Assembly (NCBI GenBank): GCA_011109175.1
Contig: RDEW01000011.1
Coordinates: 493,455-557,454, forward strand
Direction of reading: 5' to 3'
DNA from: Dicyema japonicum
Taxonomy: Eukaryota > Animalia > Dicyemida
Length of the DNA stretch: 64,000 nucleotides
The number at the start of each line of letters is the position of its first letter. The first letter of the stretch is position 1. Made by a program: the position numbers and the translations under genes. The notes below the pieces were generated by a model. That model was not told the DNA's origin, made no database searches, and worked only from the letters and a program-made list of their open reading frames with translations. Positions 62,961 through 64,000 of this stretch are shown here, piece by piece.

Positions 62961-63570
62961 TAGGGCAAACTAAGTTAAAAAAGTTAAAATTTAATAATAG
63001 TAAATAAATAATCATTAAAATGATTTTTAACTATATTTTATTATAAATAAATGTATATTAAATAAATTATTAGGTTAATGTTTCTCTGAGATAAAGAATT
63101 TTCTATGATCCAACCGAAATTTTCTACCAGAAAATTTAGAAAATTATGTAATTTGTATGTGTAACAAAAAGTTTTAGTGTTATTATTGTTTAGTTATCAA
63201 GTGCTGAAGCAGAAGCAACCAAATTAGACGGGGAATAAGTATCAACACACGTCGCGTCCCAGATCAGGTTTCGTCCGTTGGCGAATGGAAACGTCGTCNG
63301 TCGTCAAACTTCAGTCTAGATTGTTTCTGATAATTAGGGCGAACTAAGTTAAAAAAGTTAAAATTTAATAATAGTAAATAAATAATCATTAAAATGATTT
63401 TTAACTATATTTTATTATAAATAAATGTATATTAAATAAATTATTAGGTTAATGTTTCTCTGAGATAAAGAATTTTCTATGATCCAACCGAAATTTTCTA
63501 CCAGAAAATTTAGAAAATTATGTAATTTGTATGTGTAACAAAAAGTTTTAGTGTTATTATTGTTTAGTTA
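62961..63570 (-). mobile_element. TAGGGC-ended AT-rich MITE (duplicated across N at 63299)
   Basis: Reverse-complement match to 30520-30662 and 34350-34400. Confidence 0.6.
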
Positions 63571-63574
63571 TAAA

Positions 63575-64000
63575 GTGCTGAAGCAGAAGCAACCAAATTA
63601 GACGGGGAATAAGTATCAACACACGTCGCGTCCCAGATCAGGTTTCGTCCGTTGGCGAATGGAAACGTCGTCATCCCATCAGGGCGTTTTTCATCGTTTC
63701 GGTAAAGACCAGCAGGTTCTAACAGGCAATGATGTCCAGCAGAGGCAAGGGAATTCTTTAATGTCATGTTAAGACAGGAGTGCCTGGGGAAACGACCCGC
63801 ACTCATCTAGCATGACAAGGGATGATAACCAAAAGGATCGATCCAACGTCCACAGCGGCATTTTCTTTCGGCACACAATTTAAGACCAAGACGAAGCGAG
63901 GTAGCTATTCTCACAGCCTCATCATCCAACAGGTTTCCAATTTCGGCAGATGGATAAGCGTTCATCCAGGCCCCCGTCGAGTGACAACTGGCTGTTTTGA
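63575..64000 (-). mobile_element. CRE-like retrotransposon C-terminal region
   Basis: GAWMNA...CRCG...HPLSC...GRFPRH and LEPAGLYRNDEKRPDGMTTFPFANGRNLIWDATCVDT. Confidence 0.85.

Noticed and set aside
62925-63660. Tandem repeat of about 375 bp, and the 61560-61670 pre-copy of the mini-LINE 5' end
   Set aside because: Both abut single Ns (63299 and 61671); overlap artefacts

Overview
AT-rich eukaryotic nuclear DNA in the standard genetic code, from a draft assembly with two N gaps and many single-N joins. Host genes have very short GT-AG introns (about 20-32 nt). Together with a metazoan-type TAO kinase this points to a highly reduced animal such as a dicyemid mesozoan (inference, not verified). 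Recognisable host genes are V-ATPase subunit D, head-to-head with a TAO/STE20 kinase, the NatA auxiliary subunit NAA15, and a TPX2-like fragment. There are also three low-complexity repeat proteins and several unknown intron-containing CDS. Most of the rest is degraded mobile DNA: I-group (Ingi/Vingi-like) APE-RT LINEs, RTE-like LINEs, CRE-like and NeSL/R2-like RLE retroelements, two SINE families, hAT and pogo transposon remnants, and TAGGG-ended MITEs. The most notable pattern is a retroelement set: a single-ORF LINE starting with a 2A (StopGo) peptide, a TSD-bounded deletion derivative of it inserted in a telomere-like motif, and two SINE families whose 3' ends resemble the LINE 3' end. One of those SINEs contains a nested pseudoknot with HDV-ribozyme-like topology. 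Host ORFs are repeatedly broken by one missing base in homopolymers, most likely consensus error. Boundaries of degraded elements are approximate and no database searches were run.
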